Positions 25,901 through 38,869 of a DNA stretch of 64,000 bases are shown here, piece by piece. Every line of letters starts with the position of its first letter. Within the stretch, counting starts at the first letter, position 1. The position numbers and the translations under genes were made by a program. This DNA comes from Schmidtea polychroa (taxonomy: Eukaryota): positions 17,796,001 to 17,860,000 of the forward strand of contig CM097885.1 of the NCBI GenBank assembly GCA_044892525.1, in the 5' to 3' direction. The notes beneath the pieces were generated by a model that saw only the letters and a list, made by a program, of their open reading frames with translations, was not told where the DNA came from and searched no databases.

Positions 25901-28900
25901 AATATATTTCGGTTGGTGCGCATTTTGGCAATTATTTTGATTGACACGCTTCTACACATCGAGTGCTCGTGATTGGAGCTTAATCGACTGGTGCATTATT
26001 GACTCCTCTAAAATGACGATATTGTGTTAAAGACTGTCGTTTGTAAATAAAATTTAAAAATATACAAGATACGAGAATAACATGATAGGTATCAACGAAA
26101 ATGATCCAGCGAAAGAAACCAGTAAGCTCAAGGTTAGCCAAAGTAATATGAATATACAAGACAGTTATACATACGATGCTCATAATAATGACCGGAACGA
26201 ACTATGAAAAGCTATCCAACGTCAACGATAGAGAATGGGAAACAACTAGAACCAGACGGGTGAAATATACAGTAAATGAAATAGCACAGAACACTAAACT
26301 AAGAACCGTGAAAAGAGATCTAGAAAGTATCACGAATTACGAACCCACATACATAGAAAGGCCTATGACTATATATAGTGTGAACAATGAATATATAAAG
26401 GTATATGATTATATAAAAATATATGTATATATATCAGCGCGGTATAATTAGTATATAACTTCGGGAAGTAAAATGATATAAAATTCAGATAAAAGATTAG
26501 GAATCAATGTAGGTGAATTAATAGAATGAAACGGATCACAAGGGAAATCAATCCCAATACCACCACAGGAGAAATATGGAAGCAGAAAAGCGTCATATTA
26601 TCCTAAATAACATTAGTTATACAGAAGCAAGGAATCTCATGGAGGAACAATCTAATAGAAAATATGAACAATGAATTTGTTCGTGAGAGAATAATCAAGG
26701 ACCAGAGAGGAAAAATTGAACTAAAGCGAAGAGAAATAGAACGACTCTAATGATAAAGCCGAATGCAAGAAATGAACTACTAAGAATAGCTGAGGAAAAC
26801 AAAGAGAGAAAGATATGGTCAGAATGTAACGGAAAATATCAGACGTAAAAAGGAAACGGGAAAAGGAAAATGCATTAAGATGAAGATGAGGTACAAATAG
26901 TTATAACAAATCCAGCATAGTATTCATTGAAAATTGTTATAAGATGATGAGTAAACTATTCCGAGAGGGAGGTGGAATGAGTAGAAGAACACTGTATCTG
27001 TATTTTGCGTAAAGGAGAAAAATACAACGTACTATTAGCATGGTCATAACATTGAAAAGAGACGGTAATGGTAGAACTGAGTGCCAAAAAAGAGGACTAA
27101 TTGTATATAAATAATTGCCTATATCGGTATATACACCCCAACCAAAATGATATATAATAAAAGTAGAGGACCGATCACCGTAAACAAAGATAAAATAATG
27201 CGAAAACTCAAATTATTAAAATCTACACTTATTTAAGAGTAAGGAAAATTAATCAGAGAAAATGGGCGTTTGGCAAATATGGTAGGGAGGATACGAGAAC
27301 AAAATACTGAGAACCGAGAGAACACAAGATAATAGATAAATCAAATAATGAATGTCGAGGACGACATTTTGCGAAGACGCGGAGAAAAAATGAGATCAAA
27401 CTAGGACAACAACAAACGGCAGATCAAGATGAAAGTCAAAATGGACATGAGCAGTAATAGGAACAATCGGGAAAATTATACAAAAACATGATTGACGGAA
27501 AATGAAGAGCACACATATAACAAAATAGAATATGAACAAATAAACACAATAAAAATGACAAGGAAAATACAGAACGAAATGAACAACCATGAAACAACAA
27601 ATAACAAATTCACAGAAGGAAAGCAAGGACAAAGACATTTGAATGAAAATTCAAAACAGCGAGAAACGACAAATATAAAATGAAACATGATACAACGAAA
27701 CAGAACAAAAAATTGAAAGCTTAACATCATGAGACGGCCAATTAAAATAACAATAGACACTAACAAAAATGAGATCAAATAGAAATATCGAACAAAAGTT
27801 TTGATTAGGGAAAACGAACATACTGCCAACTTTTACTATGGAGCAAAAAGTTACAATAAATGAAAAACGAACGGACTGTCTACTTTTATTACGAAACAAA
27901 AAGTTACAATCGTGGGAATTTCAATGATAAATTTGATTAAATTCAGAAAATGATAGAAGCAATAATATCAACCACTCCAGGAACAGCGAGAGAGAAATGC
28001 GTACAGATGTAGATATCCAGATATAGGTGGATATATGTATAAGAATATATGTTTATGGATAAGGGTATATATATATGTATATGCGTGTATATGTAGACAT
28101 AGATAAACAATTAAATGAGGTAATCAAAATAAATGACCAATCAAAGTTACGCGCCAAAAGTAAAATAACAAATAGACGCGGAAATAAGTTAAAAACATAA
28201 AATATAGGGAGTGGAACAAAGAGGCCCATAAACAGAAAAACAACAAACAAATTTTGAAAACGTAAAATATACGAAATGAGAAACATTATGATGGGGAAAT
28301 CAGTGAGGTAACATAAAAAATCAAAGCTAAGGAAAATATACGAATACGGAAGCGTGGTAAATTACAAAATTGAGCAGGGATGGTTAATAAATAAACCATT
28401 GACGAATAGAAGGGTAACGAATAAAATGGATAAACAAATATTAACGAGTGATGCGAGAGGGATCTGCCTGAGGAAATAGTGAGCATATTAACGAGAAACA
28501 AGTCAACCGAAGCGGTGAGAGTAAAAGCGATAGCAATAAGACGTTAACTAGACAAGAGACGTGGATATATTTAGAATAATGAAGAAGGACCAAGAGTAAT
28601 CGAGATAAGTAAAGTAAGAGCACGACGTAAAAACGAGAATAAAGTATTACGGAAATTGAGAGCAAAGGAATAAAGAAAACATTGTCTATTAGGATTTTGG
28701 AAATCCACAACCTATGAGCTACGCTCAGCGTAGTGCGGATAAGGCCAGGAAAGTACCAACTGTCCTGACGAAAGATGTGGAACAGGGCCCATCGCATATA
28801 CTGGAACATCTCTGCGTGTGACTGATCACCACACGATCGGAGATCGACCAGTGCGAGTGTTTCGCATCCAGAGTCAGGAGAGTGGGGAAAATCTGGAAGA

Positions 28901-29029
28901 GTAGTAAAAAGAAAACCGAGTAAATGGAAAAAGACAAAGCGAAGTAAAGAGAAACAATTAGAGCTTAAAGACTAAATTAATAAGATAACCGGTAGGCAGA
29001 ATAATATGGGGACAAAGAGAGTCAAAGGA

Positions 29030-29153
29030 AAACGAATAATAGATGCGAATAATAGATGTGAATAATAGATGCGAATACTAGATGCGAATAATAGATGCGA
29101 ATACTAGATGCGAATAATAGATGCGAATAATAGATGCGAATAATAGATGCGAA
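29030..29153 (+). repeat. Tandem repeat, 13-bp unit GCGAATAATAGAT (~9 copies)
   Basis: Direct inspection. Confidence 0.9.
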
Positions 29154-29257
29154 TCCGGAGTCAGAGGAGTGAGGAAAACCCGTAAGAGCAGTATAAAACA
29201 GACATGCAGGGGATAAACGTTTGGAAAGTGCACAGTGACTAAAGGAAGACAACGACA

Positions 29258-29920
29258 ATAGTGAGGCCGTGAAATAATACGGAAAATAGTGAGGCCGTGA
29301 AATAATACGGACGATAGTGAGGCCGTGAAATAATACGGACAATAGTGAGGCCGTGAAATAATACGGAAAATAGTGAGGCCGTGAAATAATACGGACGATA
29401 GTGAGGCCGTGAAATAATACGGACGATAGTGAGGCCGTGAAATAATACGGACAATAGTGAGGCCGTGAAATAATACGGACAATAGTGAGGCCGTGAAATA
29501 ATACGGACAATAGTGAGGCCGTGAAATAATACGGACAATAGTGAGGCCGTGAAATAATACGGACAATAGTGAGGCCGTGAAAATAATACGGACATAGTGA
29601 GGCAGCCATAGAGCTGACATAGTGAGGCAGCCATAGAGCTGACATAGTGAGGCAGCCATAGAGCTGACATAGTGAGGCAGCCATAGAGCTGACATAGTGA
29701 GGTAGCCAATAGAGCTAACATAGTGAGATAGCCACCAGAGCTAAATAGTGAGATGGCCTTATAAAGCCAAATACAGTGAGATAGCCTAATAAAGCTAAAA
29801 TTAAGTGAGATGGGCTAATAAAGCCAAAAATACAGTGAGATAGCCTGATAAAGCTAAAAATTAAAATGGGATAGCTTATTAAAACTAAACCATAGTGAGA
29901 TAGAATAGTAAAGCTAGCTA
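29258..29920 (+). repeat. Composite tandem array: 12 x 28-bp ATAGTGAGGCCGTGAAATAATACGGAC(A/G), then ~12 x 25-30-bp ATAGTGAG-[stem-loop] units
   Basis: Direct inspection; each unit contains an inverted repeat (CCGT/ACGG, CAGC/GCTG, TAGC/GCTA, TGGC/GCCA). Confidence 0.92.
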
Positions 29921-30338
29921 GGAAAGAAATCGAGGAAAAATAAGTAAAAATTAGATAATAGGATTAGAATACAGAGAGGAATAAACGAGCTCGTGGTAGA
30001 TGATAATAAAATTTCAGTGAGAAAGAGAAACAGAAAGGAAAATGAATTGAAAAGATAGCGAAAATAAAGAATAAGTGAGAATAAATGATTAACAAAAGAA
30101 AGAAAATAGTTAGACAATTAAAGGGATCCCAGTGAGGTAGAGAAACTGTACAGAATATTTGGTTTAAACCGGGAAAACGATTTTTATTGATTCCAGAGTA
30201 GAACCGAGTAAAGAGTAATAGGTGAATTAGATATAAAAGGATAAGTAAAATGACGAAATTGCGCAAGAGTATACTAGGAAAATGAGGAGGGTAATAAGCA
30301 GCAACGGACAACGACCAATTGATATTATAATTTATAAT

Positions 30339-30630
30339 TATAGATAATTGATGCGACCACATAGATAATTGATACGACCACATAGATAATTGATACGACC
30401 ACATCGATAATTGATACGACCACATAGATAATTCAACATCGACGAAAATTTAGGATTATGGTTAATCACAACCGACGAAATAGGAATTGTACATCATTCG
30501 GAAGTTTCAAAAGTAAAAGCGGACCAGATAATGATTTTTAAAGTTTCAAAAGTAGGGAATTGTACATCATTCGGAAGTTTCAAAAGTAAAAGCGGGCCAG
30601 ATAATGATTTTTAAAGTTTCAAAAGTAGAA
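30339..30630 (+). repeat. 21-bp tandem repeat (ATAGATAATTGATACGACCAC, ~4 copies) and ~75-bp tandem duplication at 30480-30630
   Basis: Direct inspection. Confidence 0.85.
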
Positions 30631-33600
30631 TCGGGGAAATTAAGAATTTTTAATAAGTCTCGAAAACGGAGACCAATGGGATGGGAATTTTGTTTCAGAT
30701 GATTGTTTTGAATGCAGAAACGAACGAGTTAGAATTTGTAAGGTAAAGAGTGGCAAGTTAAGGAATGATAAGATTGGTAAAATTTTTGGGTAGGTATATA
30801 ACAGAAAATAAATGAAATCTCAGTAGACATGACAAGAAATGGATTGATATTAGATAATCTGGTAAGAAAGAATGAGTGAGAATATAAGAAGAATAATGGA
30901 AATTCTAGTTAAGAATGAGCTATAGAAATGACAAAAAATGAGTCAAGTACAGATGAGAGGCAAGACAAGTACAACTGCGAATATAGTTTCAAACTTGAGA
31001 AGAGAAACCGTTAAGTAAAGCAACGAACTAAGTCAAGAAAAACGGCAACAATGACAATAATAATTAATGAAAGGAGGAAATATAAAGGATAACCGCTATA
31101 GTAAACTCAAGAAATGATTAAAACTGGAAACAACTGAGAACAGAACAAGTACCATAGTAATGAAGAAAAACTAAGAGGTAATACAAGTTAATAGATAGAG
31201 AGATAGTCATTCAAAGCCAAGAAAACCATAGAAACGAGGAAAAGGAACACGAATTAAAATAAATAAGGATCAAGAAAATTAAGTAGAACATGAGAATAAA
31301 GGTGTAAACTAAGGGAACAAGGGGACAAATATTAAGAGATGCCCAAGGAAACCAAAATAAAAATATTGCAATTAGGTTATATAATATATAAATTATAATT
31401 TATAAAGATAATAAACGGTAAGGAGGAGTGATATTTTTCTAGTAAGGTAAATCAATCAATCAAGATAACAGCCAAGTATCAACAATCAACCAAAATTCAT
31501 CACCAAATCATTAAGCCAATCGATAATAGAACCAAGTATGTCAAACGAAGAAGAAATGAAAGCTGCAAAGAAAGGAAAACGAACAATCAAATTCGAGCAA
31601 ACGTAAGAGAGTGAAAGTCGACTCTCAAAAGAGAGTGGTAAAAGGAATTTCAAAACAGTCAGTCGAAAAGTGTAAAACGCCAGTGGAACTTCATGAAGGA
31701 GGAAATAATGTAAAAGCAGAACTAGTGAAAGACACTGAAACCTAACTAAAGAAAGAAACCAACGAGGGAGAAATAATATGGATATATGAGCAAACAAGCT
31801 AGCTGAGATGCAAAATCAGACAACCATCCTTACAAAACTATGCAGTAATGTAATCGAGTATCAATCTGAAATAGAAAGAAAGCAACCCCCAAGAATGAAT
31901 GTATTACAATACGTTGGAAGCAGATCACAAATCGAAACCAACCCAACTAAACAACAACAAGGATTAAACACCTTACAGATCACAAAGGCACGAGAAGCAG
32001 AAGAAAGATGGAGTAGACGAAAAGAATTTCAGGCAAAACGAGAAGAAGGACAAAGGAAGAACTGTCGAAAGTTGATATAATAAGATTAACTACCAATGAT
32101 AGCCAGGGGGAAAAGATAGATGAAATGTGTGAAAGACAACAAAGAAAAATACTACAAATCAATATGATGAAAGTGGCACCGAGCAACAAACTGGAATTAC
32201 AAAGAACTCTGGACACAAGAGTGGAAAGTGGAACAATCGAAAGAATAGAAAATGTAATATTGGACCATCAAAATATCAGAATCATTGGGAACAATCGGAG
32301 AAATTATAAAAATATGGACAATCAGGCTGATATTACAGCAATCCAAGAGAATCGCATGAGATCAGACAACAGAAGATATGGCCACAAATCGAAGACTAAC
32401 GAAAACCCTGAAAATCGAAATGGTGAAAATAATGAAAACATCGAGACAGAAAAACGAGAAAAAATGATATAGGCGAGAGTGAACCAAATATCAATAATAA
32501 AGTAAACTAGTATTGTAACCAATGCCAGCAGCGAGGACGCAATGAGCGTAATTGTTCCTTGAATATGATGGGTTGGAATGGTCAGAGAATGAGGCATTGC
32601 GAAAAGAAAAGTTGCCGCATAAAAAGGTGCTACGAATGTAAATGAAAAGGACATTTAATTAACAACTGTCCGAATGTGACAAATCCAGAGGAAAATCAAT
32701 CACGGAGAAGTATCACAGAACCAACCAAGTAAATACGCACTGAGAAAAGGATTCAACAGTCAGATAGTAGAAATGGTCAACCCCCAATGTTAATAAAACA
32801 ACAGTCGACAAACGTACGTAGGAGGGAAGAAACATGTGAAACTCAACGTAATCGAAGAATTGAGAAGACAATGTATCGAACAAGGTAACATAATAAAAGA
32901 ATTTGTGATGAAAGAAAAGAGACAGGATGAATTGATAATGATATGGGGACAAGTTGCCGAAAACAAACCAAAGAAACTGAAGTACAAAAAACAACGATAT
33001 TCAGACTAAACGAAGAAGCAAGGTCAGCCGAATTAAGAATCAACGAAATAATGAATAAGCAAGAGAAATGCAGAGAAATGGTAGCAGACACAAAAATGAT
33101 GACGGCCAAGTAAAGAAAAATGAAGGTATAAAGAGTGAAGTGGAAACTAAAGAAGAAGTGTAGATGAAAATAGGAAATAGGAAGTGTACATATGTAAAAA
33201 TTGATGTATAATGTAGCAAAGGATCGATGTATAAGTAATTAAAATAGAAATGGATCAAGTAATCAGTTGGAAAATACTAAATTTGAACCCTCACAGTGGT
33301 AAAGGAGAACAGAGGCCCAAATGAGAAGAAAGAATATAAATCCAGAAGCAAGATAAAAGTGCAAACCCGGAAAGAATGAGTTAAACGAATATCTAAAAGT
33401 AATACCTAATTTGGAACCCCTAAACAAAGAACGGTAAAAGATCCTAATAAATGAGACAAAAGTCACAGACCCAGTGACATTGGAAAGTTAATCAATTCAA
33501 GCAAACTTAGATCCAAATCGAAGATAAAATTGAGTTACCCATCAAAGAAAGAAAATCCCTTAATAAGAGCAATACCGTAAACAAAACCACCGAGAAAAAC

Positions 33601-34100
33601 CAAAAGAAAAATCAATGTGTCAAATCACCCAGTTAAACAAAAGTTCCGAAGATCCTTGAGCAAGGTCTGTCATATACCATCAAATGATCCAGAAAATCAG
33701 AATCCCAACCAAAAAATCCAAAGAGAATATGGGAAAACAGTCAAACCCCGATAGAGAGAATCCTATGATCTTCAGTAAGTATTACGACCTAAATATGAAA
33801 ATCAACAGCAGGAACCAAACATGCCTACACAACCCAGCCGAAAGATCAAAAACCGAGCCCAGAAACGATAGAAATAACCAACTGATGAATTTATCCAGAA
33901 ATAAAACTTTTGCATATGACTTGTACTTGAGTTTGGACACTGTATCAGTATGTGTATTATGACCAGTCACTGTATGTGGCAACTGCTTGAATTTGAACTT
34001 AGACCTTTTTCTGCTATTTGTATTCTAACATGTCTTAAACTGTTATAGTATGTTTATGGGTTAATGGAAATGTAATAGACTATGATCTGGGAAATTCATA

Positions 34101-34648
34101 TGTTAGGACTGAGTATACAGGCAGATCCCTGCTCAAATTTTTCAAAGGATAATTTAGATATTGTAGGAAATGTAGAACAATAATTATTAGCTGGGAAATA
34201 AGGGCCGATCCCTGCTCAAATTTTTTGTGAGATAGGTTAAATATTCATAAATATCAAGGAAAATACCTAGCAACATTTATTAATAGAAAAATAAGGGCGC
34301 ATCCCTGCACAAAATTTTGAAAAGAAACAATAGAAAACATCTAGAAATGAGGACCATAACCGAATGAGATAGAAAAGTAGAAATAGAAAATGATCAATGA
34401 CGTAAGACCTTCTATCGGCCGTCTATAACCCGAAGAGAAAATACAATGGGGAGTAGTTTTAGCAATAGAGCTCACCTGCTCATTGTTTTTTTTCGCCTTT
34501 GTGTACAGTACCAACATGGTCGTCGCCATGGGTACACAAATGGTTAAAGTACAATAGTCATGGAGGTGCTTAGGAAAGAGTCGAACGATTATGATTACCC
34601 CTATCGTATTTTAAAATGTAAAAATGACACACCCCTAAGTAACCAACA
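34101..34648 (+). repeat. 3' LTR of the 14.6-kb element
   Basis: TGTTAGG...AACCAACA, canonical TG...CA; near-identical to 20064-20611. Confidence 0.9.
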
Positions 34649-34703
34649 GTATCTTTATAATCTGTTTTAATTGAATCTTTTATAATATTTTTTTTAATAT
34701 TTT

Positions 34704-35213
34704 TTATATCTTTTTTAATATTTTTTTTAATATCATCTTTTTTAATAATAATTTTTTGTAAATTTTTTTGTAAATTTTTTTATTTATTTTTTTATTTATT
34801 GTTTTAAATAAATCATTTTTTGGAATCGAAAATTGCCCTAAGTGACTACGATGTTTATTAAAAAATGCCTTATATTTTATTTTTTCGCTAGTTACGCATT
34901 TGGGACATATAAAAAAGTTGATTGAATTAAACGTTTTTTTATAATATTTTTTCATCGTACGATGGCATTGATCGTTATGGCCAATTGACGATTGGCAGCA
35001 ATTTGGGTATAGTCTACCTGTTAAATAATAAAATTAAAGTTTTATTCTTTTTCTATATAGAAAAGTAATTGTTACATCTATAAGGATTTATCATCATTTG
35101 TTATTTAATTCAAATGAACTATATAACAAATGATGATAAATCCTTATAGAAAATAGGTTAATATATTCGAGAGAATATGTTAAATATTAGAGTGACTATA
35201 GTAGATGTGTCAG

Positions 35214-35297
<84 letters not shown>

Positions 35298-36372
35298 TTA
35301 ACTATTGTAGATGCACATTGCAAACTACAAGGATTTATTTTATAACTATAATTTCGTAATCACTTTTTTAAATATTTTCATAATAATTTCATTATTTTTC
35401 AGAAACGTAGTATTTACTTTTCATCATTTTCATCGTAAATCATTTTCATCATAATTTTGATCATAAATCATTTTCATCATTTTCATCATAATTTTGGTCA
35501 TATAATCATTTTCTTCATAAATCATTTTCATTTTCTTCATAAATTTTCGTCATAATTTCATCATTTTCATCATAAATCATTTTCATCATAATTTTGGTCA
35601 TAAATCATTTTCATCATAAATTCATAATTTTCGTCATATTTTCATCATTTTCATCATAATTTTGGTGATATAATCATTTTCTTCATAAGTTTCATTATAT
35701 CATCATAATTTTTATCAAAATATTTAAAAAGTTTTTATCAAAATATTTAAAAAAAAGTGATTACGAAATTTTAAAGAAATATATATAAAAAATATATATA
35801 TAAAAATAAATAAATCTTACATTCAGATTCCATGTCGGAATCATCCTCAGAGAGGACATTATCAATTTCATCATTAATTTCATCATCTTCAGAGAGGACA
35901 TTATTAATTTCATCATTTCCAATAAAATCTGAATCATCTTCAGAGAGGACATTATTAATTTCATCATTTCCAATAAACTCTTCCATGGGATTATTATTTT
36001 GGTCATCCAAGTCCACATTCATAATAAATCCGACATCATTTTCTAAAATGAAAAATTAATTTAATAAACTGAAAAATAATAAAATTTACTTTTTCTTTGA
36101 AAACTGAGGCATAATTAGGGGCATCAGTTTGCCCAATAAATACGACATCATCGTCGCTATTTGAATCATTTTCTGAAATGAAAAAATTAATTTAATAAAA
36201 ATTAAAATAATAAATTTACCGAAGATCTTATCCACATTTAACATCGATTCGTCTTCGGTTACTTGGTACCAATCGAACACATCTAAAAGAATAAAATAAA
36301 ATAAAATAAAATATAATAAAATAAATTACCCGTCGTCAACAGATTTCTTAAAATATTATTGTTATTTTGCAT
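34704..36372 (-). pseudogene. Multi-exon Polinton accessory gene: acidic repeats, possibly ending in a Cys/His-rich exon; probably degenerate
   Basis: ATG at 36372; three 47-nt GT-AG introns (36283-36329, 36173-36219, 36043-36089) join MQNNNNILRNLLTT-DVFDWYQV...-ENDSNSDDDVVFIG...; the third junction is one base out of phase. Exon at ~34830-35017 reads NCCQSSIGHNDQCH...FICPKC. Linkage of the last exon is inferred. Confidence 0.5.
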
Positions 36373-36732
36373 TTGAAAATTGATTTCGAATTTTTAAAAT
36401 TTTAAAATAATTGTGACAAATTTTAGATTTGTCAATGTTTATAAAGAGAATGAATATTTTCCTGTCCCAACCAATGAGAATATAGACACACACACATATA
36501 CACTGAATATTTTACTCTCTCAACCAATCACACGCAAGCATGTATGTAATGTAAATCACTCCGAAATTACATGTGACTGCCTTTGTTAGTCATGCCTTTG
36601 TTAACTTGCACTGTGCATGCTTCAGGCATAGGTAGTCTTTATCTTGAATTAATAATATTTATGTGAATAATAATAAAATTAATTAAAAATAATAATAATA
36701 TTAATATTAATTAAAAATAATAATATTTTCAA

Positions 36733-36796
<64 letters not shown>

Positions 36797-36871
36797 TAAT
36801 AATAATATTAAAATAATAACATTAATCACAACAATAAAGGAAAGGATACATTTATTAAACATCAAATTTTA

Positions 36872-37339
36872 TTAAACATCAAATTTTTTGTACAATAACC
36901 AAGCTAAACAATGTTGACCACATGTTTGGGTCAAAGGATTTTGAAACATAGTTTTATTATACACAATAGGTTTCCCCATTGTTTGTAGTTTTGATATCAA
37001 CAAAGCCGGGTAATAAAAACCCATAGGATCGAACACAAATATATAACCAGGTTTCATATATATAGCTATCCAATGTTCTCCACCAAGATGAGACGATTGA
37101 GTATTGACGACTATTGCTTGATTATTGCTCAAATATGGAATTTTATCAAGAGGAAAAACTCCAACAAATTCATTTCCCAATATCTGTTTTCCGATTTTAT
37201 TGACCTGAACAGAACTACTTAAATAAATCCAGAGTATAAAAAACAACTTACTCCATGACAACTTTTTGTGTTTCAATATACATTTATACCAACACAGTTC
37301 TATTTGCAGTAATTTGAACTTCATTTTCAAATACTCCAT
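36872..37339 (-). CDS. Adenain-like cysteine (maturation) protease
   Basis: FVGVFPLD, VNTQ...GEHWIAIY, FDPMG, FQ.....CGQHC (His/Asp/Gln/Cys catalytic set). True start may be ATG 37256 via a 34-nt intron 37218-37251 giving MDSSVQV. Confidence 0.92.
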   Translation of the reverse strand: MEYLKMKFKLLQIELCWYKCILKHKKLSWSKLFFILWIYLSSSVQVNKIGKQILGNEFVGVFPLDKIPYLSNNQAIVVNTQSSHLGGEHWIAIYMKPGYIFVFDPMGFYYPALLISKLQTMGKPIVYNKTMFQNPLTQTCGQHCLAWLLYKKFDV

Positions 37340-38504
37340 ATATTATAACATGTACTGGTTCAGTAATAGCTTTTGCAAACTTTATATCCAGTCGTAAATT
37401 TCCATTTTGAGGTAGTTGACTCTGATTTAAATCAAAATCAGGGGCTGAAACAAATGTAAAAAATGGGTATTTGCTTTTAAAATCTTCTAGAGTTATTCCG
37501 CAATTCAAATTTTTATCTAAATAACCCAGATTTCTAACAATACTCTGCATATATGTCGCACAGTAATTGTCATTCTCGAAATCTTGAATATATGTTTCTC
37601 TATAATCAGTATTTTTCGACAAAGTCAATGATGTAACACCAAAGTTTTTGAAAATTGAGCTGGACGCAGTATATGATCCATTATATTGTGCTTCACTTTG
37701 AAATGTTATCAGAATAAAATTAGGCATTCTTCTGTCACCAAATGTTTGTTCTTTATAGAATGATGAAGCACCTTTAGCAATAGCAAATTGTACAATTTCC
37801 TTTGTTTTTAATGGATAAATTGCATGTTTTGAATTAAGACCTAATTGATGACCTGCTAATACTGAGGGGTCTACTCGAACTCTTCTCACCAATAATTTTG
37901 CATCAACTAATTGACATATTGGTGCAGTAGTTGCACTAGTAAGAGATAATGCAGAATCAGACCTTTTCAGTCTAATATGTACATTAACTCCCGGTAGTAA
38001 ATATTTCGGTTGATCCATAAAATCAAGTTGTAATGATGAGCACATGGTGAAAACCTTTGAGCCTTTTACCCACTTTTTTCTTTCATCATCACTGCCATAG
38101 CCCATAGGAGTAAGACATGTATTTTTAGTATCGGAATTGTAATTTAACATAGTTTCTATTAATGCCTTGTGAATGAATGTATTATTTCCGCCCTTAATCT
38201 TGATATTATTAAATCCCAACACTGCATCTTTAAAAAGAGTATGAAACAGGAAATTGTTCGGTATTACATCTGCATTGGCATCCAAATCTTTATTATCTTT
38301 ATCTACAACCTTAATCTGAACAGTCAATAAAGTATCGTTCAAATCTAAATATTCGGTTTGCGAACCATTAATATAAAACTCGATATCATTTCTACTATCG
38401 GTAATTGAATTCATAGGAAAAACTTCCTCAAATGCCCCAAATTCTATTACAGCCTGGGGCGACGGTCTATCAAATATACATAATTCAGATTTACCACAAA
38501 TCAT
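37284..38504 (-). CDS. Major capsid protein (PY, double jelly-roll)
   Basis: N-terminal KSELCIF..P.PQ..I....EEVFP.....IEFYI.G....YLDL..T.L and C-terminal G.LRLDIKF.......IIYG.F...V.I...R.V typical of Polinton MCP; position between protease and PW-like gene. Confidence 0.88.
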   Translation of the reverse strand: MICGKSELCIFDRPSPQAVIEFGAFEEVFPMNSITDSRNDIEFYINGSQTEYLDLNDTLLTVQIKVVDKDNKDLDANADVIPNNFLFHTLFKDAVLGFNNIKIKGGNNTFIHKALIETMLNYNSDTKNTCLTPMGYGSDDERKKWVKGSKVFTMCSSLQLDFMDQPKYLLPGVNVHIRLKRSDSALSLTSATTAPICQLVDAKLLVRRVRVDPSVLAGHQLGLNSKHAIYPLKTKEIVQFAIAKGASSFYKEQTFGDRRMPNFILITFQSEAQYNGSYTASSSIFKNFGVTSLTLSKNTDYRETYIQDFENDNYCATYMQSIVRNLGYLDKNLNCGITLEDFKSKYPFFTFVSAPDFDLNQSQLPQNGNLRLDIKFAKAITEPVHVIIYGVFENEVQITANRTVLV

Positions 38505-38869
38505 TTTGCAAATATAGTTCCATGTTCTTTCATTCGTTTGTTTATACGCGATATTCCATGTCCTTTACGTTTTGGAGCTGGGGCTGGGGCTGGAGGCGTA
38601 TCTTTTTGAAACATACCAGCAACTCCAGGTAGAACCTTCCCTAACTCAGCTAAAGCATTTGTTTTTAGAGATGGTAATATTTTCTGTTCATTCATAATAA
38701 CATCTTTTGCAGTTTTCATACCAAAACTACCAATACGTTTAAGAATAGGCAGGGCAAATCTACCAATTGTTCTCAACCATCCTGATCCGTACTGTTTACC
38801 AATAAAATATGGTGATTCACCGCCAGATTGGCTACCACTATACATACTAATAATATCAGAATTAGCCAT
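38501..38869 (-). CDS. Small basic virion core/membrane-active protein (PW-like)
   Basis: Q.GG and QYGSGWLRTIGRFALPILKRIG motif (adenain-type site followed by an amphipathic helix); ATGA overlap with the MCP start. Confidence 0.75.
   Translation of the reverse strand: MANSDIISMYSGSQSGGESPYFIGKQYGSGWLRTIGRFALPILKRIGSFGMKTAKDVIMNEQKILPSLKTNALAELGKVLPGVAGMFQKDTPPAPAPAPKRKGHGISRINKRMKEHGTIFAK

Larger units (their letters stand above)
20064..34648 (+). mobile_element. Large (14.6 kb) non-autonomous LTR element (LARD-like) nested in the Polinton
   Basis: 548-bp direct repeats at both ends differing at ~3 positions; tRNA-Pro-type PBS TGGGGGCTCAGCCGGGA just after the 5' LTR; interior strongly purine-skewed from ~26 kb but without recognisable ORFs; no TSD. 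Confidence 0.85.

Noticed and set aside
29022..29920. Possible CRISPR array, and three overlapping ORFs of 160-220 aa
   Set aside because: Units are contiguous with no unique spacers, there are no cas genes and the context is eukaryotic; the ORFs are translations of the tandem repeat.
26176..33982. Many 60-150 aa ORFs, mostly hydrophobic on the minus strand
   Set aside because: Products of strong purine skew; no gag, protease, RT or integrase motif recognised.
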